Assembly: GCA_977018835.1 (NCBI GenBank)
Contig: OZ361258.1
Location: 1,674,001-1,738,000 of the forward strand
Origin: Minutocellus sp. GHC0000111
Taxonomy: Eukaryota
Length of the DNA: 64,000 nucleotides
Reading direction: 5' to 3'
Shown here: positions 47,101 to 56,518 of the stretch, piece after piece
Numbering within the stretch: position 1 is the stretch's first letter
How the letters are laid out: every line of letters starts with the position of its first letter
Translations under genes and position numbers: made by a program
The notes under the pieces: generated by a model
What the model was told of the DNA's origin: nothing
Database searches by the model: none
Seen by the model: the letters and a program-made list of their open reading frames with translations, nothing else

Positions 47101-49901
47101 GTCTTGTGGAGGTACCCTCTCATCCGAGCACACTGATCTCCGAGGAGGAATGTCACAAACTGAGGAGATATAGCAATTGACTGGCCCACCAAGATGCGCA
47201 CTTGATCCATGAAGCCTCGGTCGATCTGCGTGGCACTGCCCTTCACCAGCATGTCATCCAGCGCCGTTTTGATAGAAGCCAGGGATTCTCGATCTGCCAA
47301 TAGATTCGATGTGGTCAGATCTCGAAAGGCATCGGCAAGGCGCATCTGCTGCTCTGTCCTTTTGATGATAGGGAGCGTTTCCATCGCAACCAGGTAGGAC
47401 ATCAAGTCGAGATAATATTTCAGCAGAATGGCCGCAGAGTTGCGACGATCCAGCTCTTCGTCCACATCCGAAGGAGGTACACCCATTTCCTTCACGGCCT
47501 TCTTCCTCGCCTCGACGGCCTTCTTGTCTTCGTATTCCAAATGTTTGGCAAGAAAGTGGCTCCGTCTCGGGTCGAGGCAGATGGTCACCAGCGCCTTGTG
47601 GAATGCGTCCGTCATTCGCTTCGCAATTTTCACATCACCAGTGAGCTGTGAATCATCGGCGATATCCCCGCTGTCTCTCTGCTCCTCTTCCATCATCTGC
47701 AAGTCTTCCAACAGTGAGTTGATGGTACCGGCCGATATCGAACCTGCCGGGTTGGCCCGCATCGATGCCAGCCGCACGAGTTCCCTGCAGACGGACGAGG
47801 GCGGATACATCGGCGTCGTAACGCCAACCGATGGCACCCGATTGTACGGACTCTCAACCAAGGGACTTGTCTCAACTTCAGCATCATTTGCCTTCTCCTC
47901 CTTTGGATTGGATCCGGTATCTTCGTCTTGACTGCCGGCGTGCCCTTCTTCGTTGTCCTCATCCTCGTCCTCGTCGTCAGCATCCAGCAAGCTGACCGTC
48001 CTCTCCAGCGATGCAGGGCTGGTCATTCCGGTCGACATCTCTGCTCCGTCCTTGCCCTCTTCGTCTCCAAGCTTCGGTAGGACCAGATCAATACCACCAC
48101 TACCGACGGCATCACCATCACCGGCCAGCAGATTGATCAACCCGATGCTGGCATCGACCCAGTCCATATCTCCGGCACCACTACCACCACCACCTGCACC
48201 GCCATCGCCATCCGCTTCCACGTTCGCCATCTCCTTGCCGGACGCCAGCACCAACACCCCGGGCCGCCTCAACGCCGCAATGCGCTGCGGCACGTCCCCA
48301 ATCGTTCCCCGCACCACGCTGCCGGTCCCCACCCCGACGAGCCGATCGCCGACGTGGACCACCCCCGACCGATCGGCGTTGCCTCTGGGCACGACGGAGT
48401 CGACGTACACCCCGTGGCTGCCGGTGCCGGCCCCACCGACGTTGTGCTGTTGGGCCGTGGCGGCGGCCGCGCCAAAGTTCTGGTCGGCCCCGTACGTTTG
48501 GCGGAGGTTGACGCCCAGCATGCCTCTTCCGAGGAGGAGGGGATACTGACCGGGTCGGAGGGCGGCGAGGAGGTCGTCCAGCTCCGGCTGGTGCAGGCCT
48601 TGGATGCGCTCGACCTGGTCGGCGTACGGGTCGGCGGTTGTTGTTGTTGGGATCTGAGCACTGCCGGTACCATTAGCGTCGCCACCGGGTGGTGATGTAG
48701 CTGCAGTTGTGCTTGCATTTGCATTGGCCGTCTGAGGAGACGGGTGGGGGAGGATGCCCAGGGGCAGCATGGGAGTGGTCTTGGACGACGCCCCGGCGGC
48801 AGCGGCAGGCGACAGCGGCAATGACGCCGATCCGCCCGCGCCTCCATTGCCGATTCCATTATTTCCACCACCCACTCCATTGTTTCCACCCGATGCCACT
48901 TTCGCAGCATCCGTCGTTGTAGTTGCCGCCGTAGTCGCAGTTGCCGCGGCGGCAGCGTACCGTCCCCGAAAACCGGTGGCGACCACCGACGACACGGAAT
49001 CGAGCGCCGTTCGGCGGGCCGAGAACCACCGCGCTCCGGCCGCCGGGGCGGTGGTGGCGTGGGCCGTCGGAAGTTCTTCCTCGATGACCATCTCGGTCAT
49101 GCCCGTGGTGCCATTGGCGCTACTATTGTCTTGCTGTTGCTGTTGCTGCTGTTGCGATAATTGTGGTTGCTCCATCTCGCGGTATTTCTGCACCCCCTCG
49201 GGACCCGACGTGCACTCGTCCTCCTCGTCTCCCATATCGCTGTCACCATCACCATCACCACTGCCGCTGCTGGAGGTGTAGTCGCTCTCGTCGTCGCTGC
49301 CACTATCACCCTCACTCTCATCGCTATCATCGTCGTCGTTACGATGTCCCATGCCAACGCCTGACACGGTCCTGACCAGCTCCACCGCCATAGCGGCGGT
49401 GGTGGCGCCCCGGGAGGCGGCCAATAGGCCGGCCCCGACGTCCCTCCACCCCCGTCGGGCGGTGTTGGTGTTGGCACTGGTGTCGGTAGCGGTCGGGGCA
49501 GCACATGTAGCAGTGTTGGCAGCATCAGCAGCATCGGCAGTTTGAGTTGCGGCTGCGGTTGCGGTCGCGCCGCGGCGCAGGCCGGGGAAGCGGCGGGGGG
49601 ATCGCGCGGATCCCCCCTCCTCCTCGCCATGCTGTCCATGCTCACGCTCGGCCGTGGCAGCGTCGTCGTCAATACCGTTGCCGCCGTTGCCAGCTTCATC
49701 ATCATCCATGGAGGCATCGGCATCAGCAGCAGACGAGGAAACGGACGAGGACGAGGCAGACGAGTCGTCGTCCCCCCCCGTCACGGCGGCGATGGCGGCC
49801 AGCTCGGCCCGCCGGGCGGCGTCTGCGTCTGCGGCATCTGCTGCTTCGTCGGTGGCGGCGGCGTCGGCCCTGCCCTGCTCCGTGCCGCCGCTGCTGCTCA
49901 T
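44178..49901 (-). CDS. Large PDZ + DENN domain protein (putative Rab GEF)
   Basis: PDZ: LGVNL...GVYVDSVVPRGNADRSGVVHVGDRLVGV. cDENN: LLLEQKIIVSS...LLNPLTWSHLFVPLVP...PAPFILGV...VTLVDLD. Confidence 0.88.
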   Translation of the reverse strand: MSSSGGTEQGRADAAATDEAADAADADAARRAELAAIAAVTGGDDDSSASSSSVSSSAADADASMDDDEAGNGGNGIDDDAATAEREHGQHGEEEGGSARSPRRFPGLRRGATATAAATQTADAADAANTATCAAPTATDTSANTNTARRGWRDVGAGLLAASRGATTAAMAVELVRTVSGVGMGHRNDDDDSDESEGDSGSDDESDYTSSSGSGDGDGDSDMGDEEDECTSGPEGVQKYREMEQPQLSQQQQQQQQDNSSANGTTGMTEMVIEEELPTAHATTAPAAGARWFSARRTALDSVSSVVATGFRGRYAAAAATATTAATTTTDAAKVASGGNNGVGGGNNGIGNGGAGGSASLPLSPAAAAGASSKTTPMLPLGILPHPSPQTANANASTTAATSPPGGDANGTGSAQIPTTTTADPYADQVERIQGLHQPELDDLLAALRPGQYPLLLGRGMLGVNLRQTYGADQNFGAAAATAQQHNVGGAGTGSHGVYVDSVVPRGNADRSGVVHVGDRLVGVGTGSVVRGTIGDVPQRIAALRRPGVLVLASGKEMANVEADGDGGAGGGGSGAGDMDWVDASIGLINLLAGDGDAVGSGGIDLVLPKLGDEEGKDGAEMSTGMTSPASLERTVSLLDADDEDEDEDNEEGHAGSQDEDTGSNPKEEKANDAEVETSPLVESPYNRVPSVGVTTPMYPPSSVCRELVRLASMRANPAGSISAGTINSLLEDLQMMEEEQRDSGDIADDSQLTGDVKIAKRMTDAFHKALVTICLDPRRSHFLAKHLEYEDKKAVEARKKAVKEMGVPPSDVDEELDRRNSAAILLKYYLDLMSYLVAMETLPIIKRTEQQMRLADAFRDLTTSNLLADRESLASIKTALDDMLVKGSATQIDRGFMDQVRILVGQSIAISPQFVTFLLGDQCARMRGYLHKTAPYVNVPLCPVINGTINVRRRQSASGSGAHAHNHFLFALLHLICRYEMDGESEEERQGMPVPDKDKTRILGSAGGLASAVFIQGTLLPTIDEVQNMIQQRKKDNANNDNERACYRSVIATCEQLWEVYVAPAGGILAETVSEESERLFCLLNDVRRALVGAVSVEDQTRSAGVISDETGRKIVYAIVSSTELKVSLEKLAEELKQEYAISTRPEYHAHMFHEWLCGEVHRWAKRRALSPPADLSSQEEAPSEGIYPMLKGSITRLMRRVELPKGVSQHRPQRLDASPRPSKPTDSSPTTGAESAEKSSVPSIQNVNAEYAIVFGNDDGMDSTGRVLGLDSSANIDFGAVRRFTCVKLPGQSDESALDKNDIPPTLENYAVVPPIRELPFADIIDEGRLSADGWEISLVNFMVPNSNPGAVSEDDVDDGPFIYGVSLVFNQIVNEGAGDGSSLNEDLPKYTTELEYVDASEGSTPGKTNTASGEDDSQFVTPSKPNHQVSFLSPITVSRPKREDGKETNEILRKIRVSAQTPEFNRRLSEMRWSERVKKRKASGGIGATVGIALLSGRNSIPAMRDTLSQFFDDYTNVATSIEGEVGGSHLADGKPGRVCDLLVDILGTLSQLDVEKVALNCILEPYLGYGSSRWIPQLPSEQSREFAATSGAELLESLPPIPLALLFVTLLLEQKIIVSSRRRSVLVSATTALRSLLNPLTWSHLFVPLVPASMARDLIHYPAPFILGVPSEGEDSMVLLNSLPDDVTLVDLDVGRVILASRLSNEEGMDPGMLRSQVLFLAETLGNVFGCKMQGPTWRCDSPLRPFSQTSGGGAAELSNGMMVAGSSNGEAQFAAVKELCKDFIIELLSGTRSCCYWIEEKHPDQSITPSHECSVLFDEDRFFSIKRLRAEERYMPLLMGQTLFQESGSAGRTKCSLDGPICQDTIFALNPNDFDLVLEVFLRSQGMSTFVSSRQKERMAFW

Positions 49902-51014
49902 GGTTGGTTGGCAACAGACAACCTGAAAAATAAGGCGGCGCTGCTGCAGCTCATGATGATGCATGGCCTGCATGAGCGAAAATTCCAAACAGCCAAAAAT
50001 TGCGCCTTGCCGGCATTTATTGTTAGTGGTTTTGTGTCAATAGCAGCCTGGTTTTAGTGCCTTTCACATCCCCAAAACCACTCGCTCAAAAACGGCCTTT
50101 CACCAAATCAGAAACCTTCCCTCTGACACAAGTTGGTCCATTTCCGTTCTGTTCTCCCTCGATTGTCGCGTCGTCTGCGCGTCATGAAAACGGCCGGCCG
50201 GGGCGGGGCGGGGCGGCTTCAGCATGCAACCATTCCAGAAATCTCGAAAGAACGGCCGGGCCGGAACGAGAGAGAATGGGGACAAAATTGCAAAATCAAC
50301 CCGCCCCCCAACGTTTTGTCATGGATAGAAACCATCCCATTTGGATGGCATCGTTTCTGATTGAAAGAGGCTGACCGGCACAGGCCTCTGCTCACATTTT
50401 TGCTCACATCGCCTTTGTCCCGGCTGGCTGACGACGGCAACGACGAAACTTGGGAGAGGGCACAGGGCACAAAGATGCAGCATTGACTTGTTGACTTGAT
50501 GCTCCACGGTGCATCACAAAGCCTCCCCCCTGTCCTTTCGCCAGCCACGCACTAGCAGCTACACACAGCCCTTCCATTCGAGAGCATCCAACCACACATC
50601 CACTCTCTTGCTCCCACACTCGCAAGCAGCAGCACCAATGAATCGGCCACTTTTGGATCGCTCGGCGGCCGTCGCAATGACGGGCGGCGGAAGCGCCAAC
50701 AGCAAATCGTCGTCGTCGTCTATGGTTCCAACTGCTGCTGCTCCCGGCGAGACGTTCCATGCAGCACCAGCCAAGCACAGCGGCGGCCTCGACAGCTTTG
50801 AGCTTGCCCTAACCTAGGTATTAGATGGATAGAAAAACGATTTGTATCTAGCTTTTTAGCGGGCTAGTCCTGTGAAAAGAATCCTCTTGACACCTGAGAA
50901 GGCACAGAACAATGACTCTTCGAAGGACGCAATGATTTGAAAGGGGAGCGAACCTTGAGAGCGAACCTGTCATCTGTCCCAAATAATAAAGTACATGTGG
51001 CCTGAGCCTGCGTT

Positions 51015-51974
51015 ATGGCAGAGCTGCTGAAATCGTCATTGCCTGTTCTGAAGCACGAACCTACCAGCAAGGAAGACAGCAAGAACGACCACAACACTTA
51101 TGCCAACAACTCCAATAACAACACCAAGTCCCCGCCCTTCTCCTTCCGCTTGGCGGACGAAACATCCCGTCGGATCGACCAAATACTATTCCGTCGATCG
51201 TCGTCTACGCCTGCCACCACATCTCAAAGTACAACAACTGCCGGTGCCATCGCCAGCGCCACTCACACTGCTACAGCAGAGCGTCCCTCGGTACATGTTC
51301 AGAAACACGTGTACAGGAGGGCCGCCGAGAGATTAGGCCTTCGCATTCGCAGGACGAAGAAGAACAACAATACTGCAATTCCCAACGAGACCGCCACGGT
51401 GAAAAAGCGCCAAGCCTGTACCGACACCAACTACGACAGCTACAACAAAGACCCAATACAGAATCCATTGAAAAAGAAGAGAATGACGGTCACCTTCCGC
51501 CCCACCGCCACGCTGTCCACCATCGAGAGGATCACCCCATCGGAATCCGAGGCGATGCATCGCACGTCCGAGAAATCCAGACGGAACCGGGACCGGACCA
51601 TCCAGAACGCCCGCGACCTCCGCCATCTGTGCCAGCTGTACAGCCACGAGGACGTCGGCACCATCCGTTCGCTCGCCCAGTGCCTCCAGATCGACACCTG
51701 CGTCCGAGGCGTCGAGCACTACCTGTCCCAGGAGGTGTACGAGGGCCGCCGTCGGGCCGCGCTGCGGGTCATCGACACCGTCCTGCAAACGCAGGCGCAG
51801 TATCAGCAGAGACTGAATGATCACGTCTCCCAGCAGAATGGGGGACAGCCCAGCCCAACATTTGTCGATGCCATGACCAACGACATTGCCCTGGCATCCG
51901 CGGGCCTGTCGCGTGGCGCCGCCATCGATGCCATGAACCGAGGAGCGGAAGACGAGGCGGCAACGAGGACATAG
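51015..51974 (+). CDS. Diatom-type hypothetical protein (V(T/S)F...C(V/I)RG(V/I)EH family), paralog of 52166-53173
   Basis: Motifs YRRAA..LGL, VTF, IER, DTCVRGVEHYLS and IDTVLQTQ are shared with the neighbouring gene. Confidence 0.75.
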   Translation: MAELLKSSLPVLKHEPTSKEDSKNDHNTYANNSNNNTKSPPFSFRLADETSRRIDQILFRRSSSTPATTSQSTTTAGAIASATHTATAERPSVHVQKHVYRRAAERLGLRIRRTKKNNNTAIPNETATVKKRQACTDTNYDSYNKDPIQNPLKKKRMTVTFRPTATLSTIERITPSESEAMHRTSEKSRRNRDRTIQNARDLRHLCQLYSHEDVGTIRSLAQCLQIDTCVRGVEHYLSQEVYEGRRRAALRVIDTVLQTQAQYQQRLNDHVSQQNGGQPSPTFVDAMTNDIALASAGLSRGAAIDAMNRGAEDEAATRT

Positions 51975-52165
51975 AATAGAATTACAATACTTGGAGACAT
52001 CGTAATGCTAAACTAGAGCATACTGCACATACCAATTGGTAGACGGTGCATTATATACATTTGTAATCAAAATTTCAATATTTATGAGCATCCTTGCAAG
52101 TGTTAAAATCTTTGCGCAGTTTTATTGTACGTAGCTAGCTTGCTACTATCAAAACCAGATCAACA

Positions 52166-53173
52166 TTATAGACTCCTGGCGGCTTCCTCGTCTTCCACCG
52201 CTCGACTGATGGCATCAAGGACGGTGGGACGAGACAGGCTCTTCGATATTTTGGCGATGTCGCCGGCCATGGTCTCGGCGAAGATATTGTGCTGGGTAGG
52301 CGGCGACGATGCATGTGCATGTGCTCGTTGGAAGGCATTGATGTACTGGCGATAGCGATGCTGAGTGTCAAGTACGGCATCGACGTGGCGCATTTGGGCG
52401 AGATTTCTCTCTCGAAACAGTTGCTTGGAGAGGAAGTGCTCGATTCCTCTGATGCAAGTGTCGACCTGATGGTGGAGAGCCTGGGCTCGGAGAGAAGCAA
52501 CGTCGTACCCGTAGTGCTTGGCCAGGTGACGGAGTGTCTTGGCGGTATGAATGGCATCCTTTTGAAGTTCTAGGGCCTCTTCGTTGGTAGTGTGCATTGC
52601 CTTGGACTCGGCTGAGGAGAGCCGTTCGATGACAACCACTCTCACTTTTCCTGAGAACGATACTTCATTCCGTCGCCGTTTGGGCGTGGATTGCTTCTTC
52701 TTATCCTTTGTCACCAAAACGCTTTTGGGCACCTCGCTTTCGGTGGTGGTGACGTTTCGGGCGTCATTGCGTTTGTCGCGATAAAGTAGGCCTAAGCTTT
52801 GAGCAGCTCTCCTGTATTTCTCACTTGGTGGTTGCGATGATGATGAATATGAAGAGACCTTGCGCGTGTGCATTTGCTGACCCAAAGACGAACGACGGAG
52901 CTTCGTGTCAGATGGGACTTTCTTTGCACTGGCTGTTGTGTTCGGAGAAGAAAGTAGCAATTTTGATATTTTATCGGATGTATTAATATCGCTCGACGAG
53001 AAAAGGGAGTCGTTGCTCGTTGAGTGTGGGTCGTTAGTTGGGTCGGCACCACGAAGGTCAATCTTGCCCATGGTCGGTGGTATGCTCGCCGTGGCGTTAC
53101 TTGTAGTGGGCCTGTTAGTTGGTGAAGCCTGCGTGGCGACGAACGTCGAACGATTGAGGAGCTGTCGGTTCAT
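52166..53173 (-). CDS. Diatom-type hypothetical protein, convergent paralog of 51015-51974
   Basis: YRRAAQSLGL, VSF, IERLS, DTCIRGIEHFLS, VDAVLDTQ and RAVEDEEAA. Confidence 0.75.
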   Translation of the reverse strand: MNRQLLNRSTFVATQASPTNRPTTSNATASIPPTMGKIDLRGADPTNDPHSTSNDSLFSSSDINTSDKISKLLLSSPNTTASAKKVPSDTKLRRSSLGQQMHTRKVSSYSSSSQPPSEKYRRAAQSLGLLYRDKRNDARNVTTTESEVPKSVLVTKDKKKQSTPKRRRNEVSFSGKVRVVVIERLSSAESKAMHTTNEEALELQKDAIHTAKTLRHLAKHYGYDVASLRAQALHHQVDTCIRGIEHFLSKQLFRERNLAQMRHVDAVLDTQHRYRQYINAFQRAHAHASSPPTQHNIFAETMAGDIAKISKSLSRPTVLDAISRAVEDEEAARSL

Positions 53174-54026
53174 CTATCTTTTAGCTGGAGGGGGGAGATT
53201 GCAGGATGAGAATGAATGAATGAATCGATGAAGCAAGGAAGAGCGGGGGTAGAATCCCTATGGCAATTCGATTGCTGGCCGGGCCTTGGATGGAAAGATT
53301 GATTCAATCAATTGTTGGCCGACCCTGTGTTGGCCTGGCTCTGAATGGTAATAATGTGAATGAGCATGCAGGAGATGCAAAATTCGCGAAGAGGGGCCTA
53401 CTGGATTTTTATGAACAGGTGATCACATGGATTGTACATGTACACAAATAAGTGCCAGCTCATCTTTTACTGCAAGCACAGAGAGAACAGAGAGTCGGCG
53501 CCCATATTTCCGGCACATGGTTCAGTGACAAAAATGGCGTCGGCGAAGAATCGTCGTGCGGCTCTTCGGTTCATTGTAGGAGGAATTCCTACGACATGTA
53601 TGTGCGTGCCTGGCGGGGTCGCTCGGCAAAAAAGCGTGCACGGGGATCAGCCATTTGTTTGCCCTTGCAACGCCAGCAGTTTCTCTGAGAGCAGTGATGT
53701 GATGACGCGCCTGCGACAAAAGTTGGCGGCTTGTGTCAGAGCTGCCTGATTTCCCGGTTTTGAAAAGACACGTTGCTCTGCTCCTCTCGTCCATACTACG
53801 TAGTAGTACGAATTCATTGTAGGATCGACTATCGACCGACTGAATCTCGTGGGAGGACAAGTTTACCTCCTAATTGTTGCGAAGTGCTGTGCAGGGACGG
53901 CCCGGTTTGATTTTGGTCTGTTTCTCGCTCCATCCATCCACAATGTGCAACATCTCGATTTTTTAGAGCCGAGAGTCGTCGATTTCGATTCATTCATTCC
54001 ATTCGATATCTATCCCGCGCAAACAT

Positions 54027-55368
54027 AGGGAAAAATAAATTTTTATTTATTGGAAAATTGTTATTAGGGCAATGCCAATTGCAGCAACAGGGCCATGCTG
54101 GAGAGAGCAACATGCATTGCAACGTCCTGGAAGCTTGCAATATTTATTGCAATATACGGAATGGCTGCAAATTTTATTGCAATATTTTGGGTGTAGTGCC
54201 GTCCATAAAATAATTGCTTGTCTCGCCTACATGTAGTGGGTCCATGCATCTGCGCTACATGTTGCAAGTGAGTTGGTCCCATTTTAGGTGAGCCACTCAG
54301 TAACATTCGGATTTTCACTAACTTCGCTCGCGTTGTCGGACGACGGAAAGACTGCCACTCATCCATTTTTTCTCCCGAACGAAGCTCATCATGGTGACCC
54401 CCGCTCCTGGCTGCTACACATTTGCAAGGTAAGATATGGGCATTCCCGAGGCTGGCCGATAACATTGCGCTACGTATGCGAAAGTTTCAGCTTGATTGGC
54501 ATGCTATTGTATGAGAAAATATAATTCAAAACAATCAACCTGTGTTCGAGTACGCGAAAAAGGGCCGCGGATGAGACATGATACCAAGAGAGCCACAGTC
54601 GCCCAATCCACCCAGAATTGCAGAGATACGCGCCCAAGATATGTATGAAAATGATTATGTGGTTGATTGTTGTGTATTTTGTTTGTATCCGCCCCCGAAT
54701 CGGCCGCCAATGAGAGAAAAAATTTCGTCCGGCGTCGTCGTTTTTCTCGCGAAACTTTGCCCCCACCAAACACATGTTGTGCTTGGAATTTTTGAGCTGC
54801 GCCTTCGATGCCACATTTCTACAGGGTGTCTAGATGTGTGGCATTTGCTCAGAATTCTCGATTCTCCCATTCATTCCAGAGATTCTTGGGGGCAAAGGTC
54901 GGCCGGACGGCGAATTTCGCGGTCGACGGAAAGGCGAATTGTTACTTTTCGCGGGTCGAGTGGCTCACCTAAAGCTGGACCAACTCAAGTCGCCAGCGCA
55001 CAGTGTGTGTAGGAGAGGAAAATCCTTGTGTCGATGTACTTACTGGCGGCCTCCTTTTCAACCTCCTCATCCTTTTTGAGTGCAGCAAAGACATTGTACT
55101 CGCCATCGTCGGCCATCTCCTCGTCATCGTCACCGTCAACAACATCCAACGGCAAATGCTAAAAAGACCTACACGTGCTCGACTGTCTCATGATGACATC
55201 AGAGAAATGCCTAGAATTTTGGCAATAGATGCTGCAATGTTGCCCGTCCAACCAATTGACATTGCAATACCTGGAGCCAGAGCAATAGGTATTGCAATAT
55301 CCCAAGTGCTTCCAATAATTGTTATTGCAATATATTGCAATATATTGCAATACAATATATTGTTCCCT
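54027..55368. mobile_element. Putative non-autonomous TIR element with subterminal ATTGCAAT repeats
   Basis: Imperfect termini AGGGAAAAATAAATT and AATATATTGTTCCCT, with ATTGCAAT-type clusters at both ends. No TSD found. Confidence 0.5.
54270..54986. mobile_element. 717-bp MITE with GAG...CTC termini and a 4-bp TSD (Sola-like)
   Basis: TIR GAGTTGGTCCcatTTTAGGTGAGCCACTC versus the reverse complement of 54958-54986. AAGT duplicated at 54266-54269 and 54987-54990. Confidence 0.8.
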
Positions 55369-55496
55369 TCCTTTGATCCCGCGGCTTCGAAGAAAGTAGG
55401 TAGGCGTCAAACTCCCGCTGGCTTGACTGTGCCGTCATGTTTTCCTCGTGTCCGCCTTCGTCGCCGGCGTCGTCTCCAAAGCATCAACACGAGGGC

Positions 55497-56111
55497 ATGC
55501 AAAGAGCATCCGCAGTAGCCTCGAATACAAGCAGTAGCAATCCCGCAGCGTCGCCCATGGTTATTGATGAGCCGCCAAAGTCAACACGTGCTGCACCAGC
55601 ACCTGCACCAGAACCAGCACCGGCAGTGACCGATCGGCAATACTTTGCCTACTGCCTCGAATCGGCCGCCCTCCTGCACAATCTGGGGACGCTCCATCAC
55701 GACCGTGGCACCGAGGGTTCCGACGATGCCATGAAGGCGTATTCGCAGAGCATCCAGATGCGCATCAAGGCCCAGAACGTGTCCGAGGCTTCGGCCAAGC
55801 GATCTCAGCTATTGTCTCTGCAACAGCAGCAGCAACTTACTAGTTTATTACCAGCCACAACCAACGACGACAACGACCGACCGACACTTGATGAGATGGC
55901 CGATCACCTCGCCGACCTTCGAAAGCGTTCGTCCGACCTGCGCCGCGCGGGGGCCCAGCGCCGCGCCGATGCCGGGAGCGCCTACATCTATCCGCACGAT
56001 GCACCCGCCACTCTTCGACGGCGGGACACGGCCATGGTGGGGTTGAACGCCTTCACTCGTCCCCTCCTCCTGCCCGTCTCGGAGGGATACGATCCGCGTT
56101 TGCCGGGATAG
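55497..56111 (+). pseudogene. Truncated TPR-repeat protein fragment
   Basis: AALLHNLGTLHHDRG...DAMKAYSQSIQMR is a TPR signature. The ORF ends abruptly between transposable elements. Confidence 0.5.
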
Positions 56112-56518
56112 GAATTCTTCTCGTCGATGTCGTACCCGTTCGGTGTTGGTTGTTCTGCTGGCAGTGCTGGTAACACTACTACCCAACAACAACCTCCAAG
56201 GCGAAGAGGGGGTCTCAAGCGTTCGACGCCGTCGTCCCATCTCATCAATCCAGCGGGCATGCCCGGTTACAACAGCAGAGCGGCCACCGCTCTTCCCACC
56301 CATACTCAGTAGCAGCCATGCAGCAGATTCTAACTCTCAGTCAGTCCGATGCTCTGGTGGCCATCGAGGAGGTGCTCCGAAAGGTCGGCGATGGCCATGC
56401 CGCCGCGGCTGCCTAGAGCTAGCTTGAAGTAGGGACGCAAGGAGGCATCTACCATTATGGTGGCCAAAATCAGAGCCAAACGGATGAATCCACACTGCTA
56501 CTTTCATGTATATGGGCC

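Noticed and set aside
50810..50820. TAACCTAGGTA as a third mariner footprint
   Set aside because: It is an imperfect match (extra A) and there is no reference copy to show it is an insertion.
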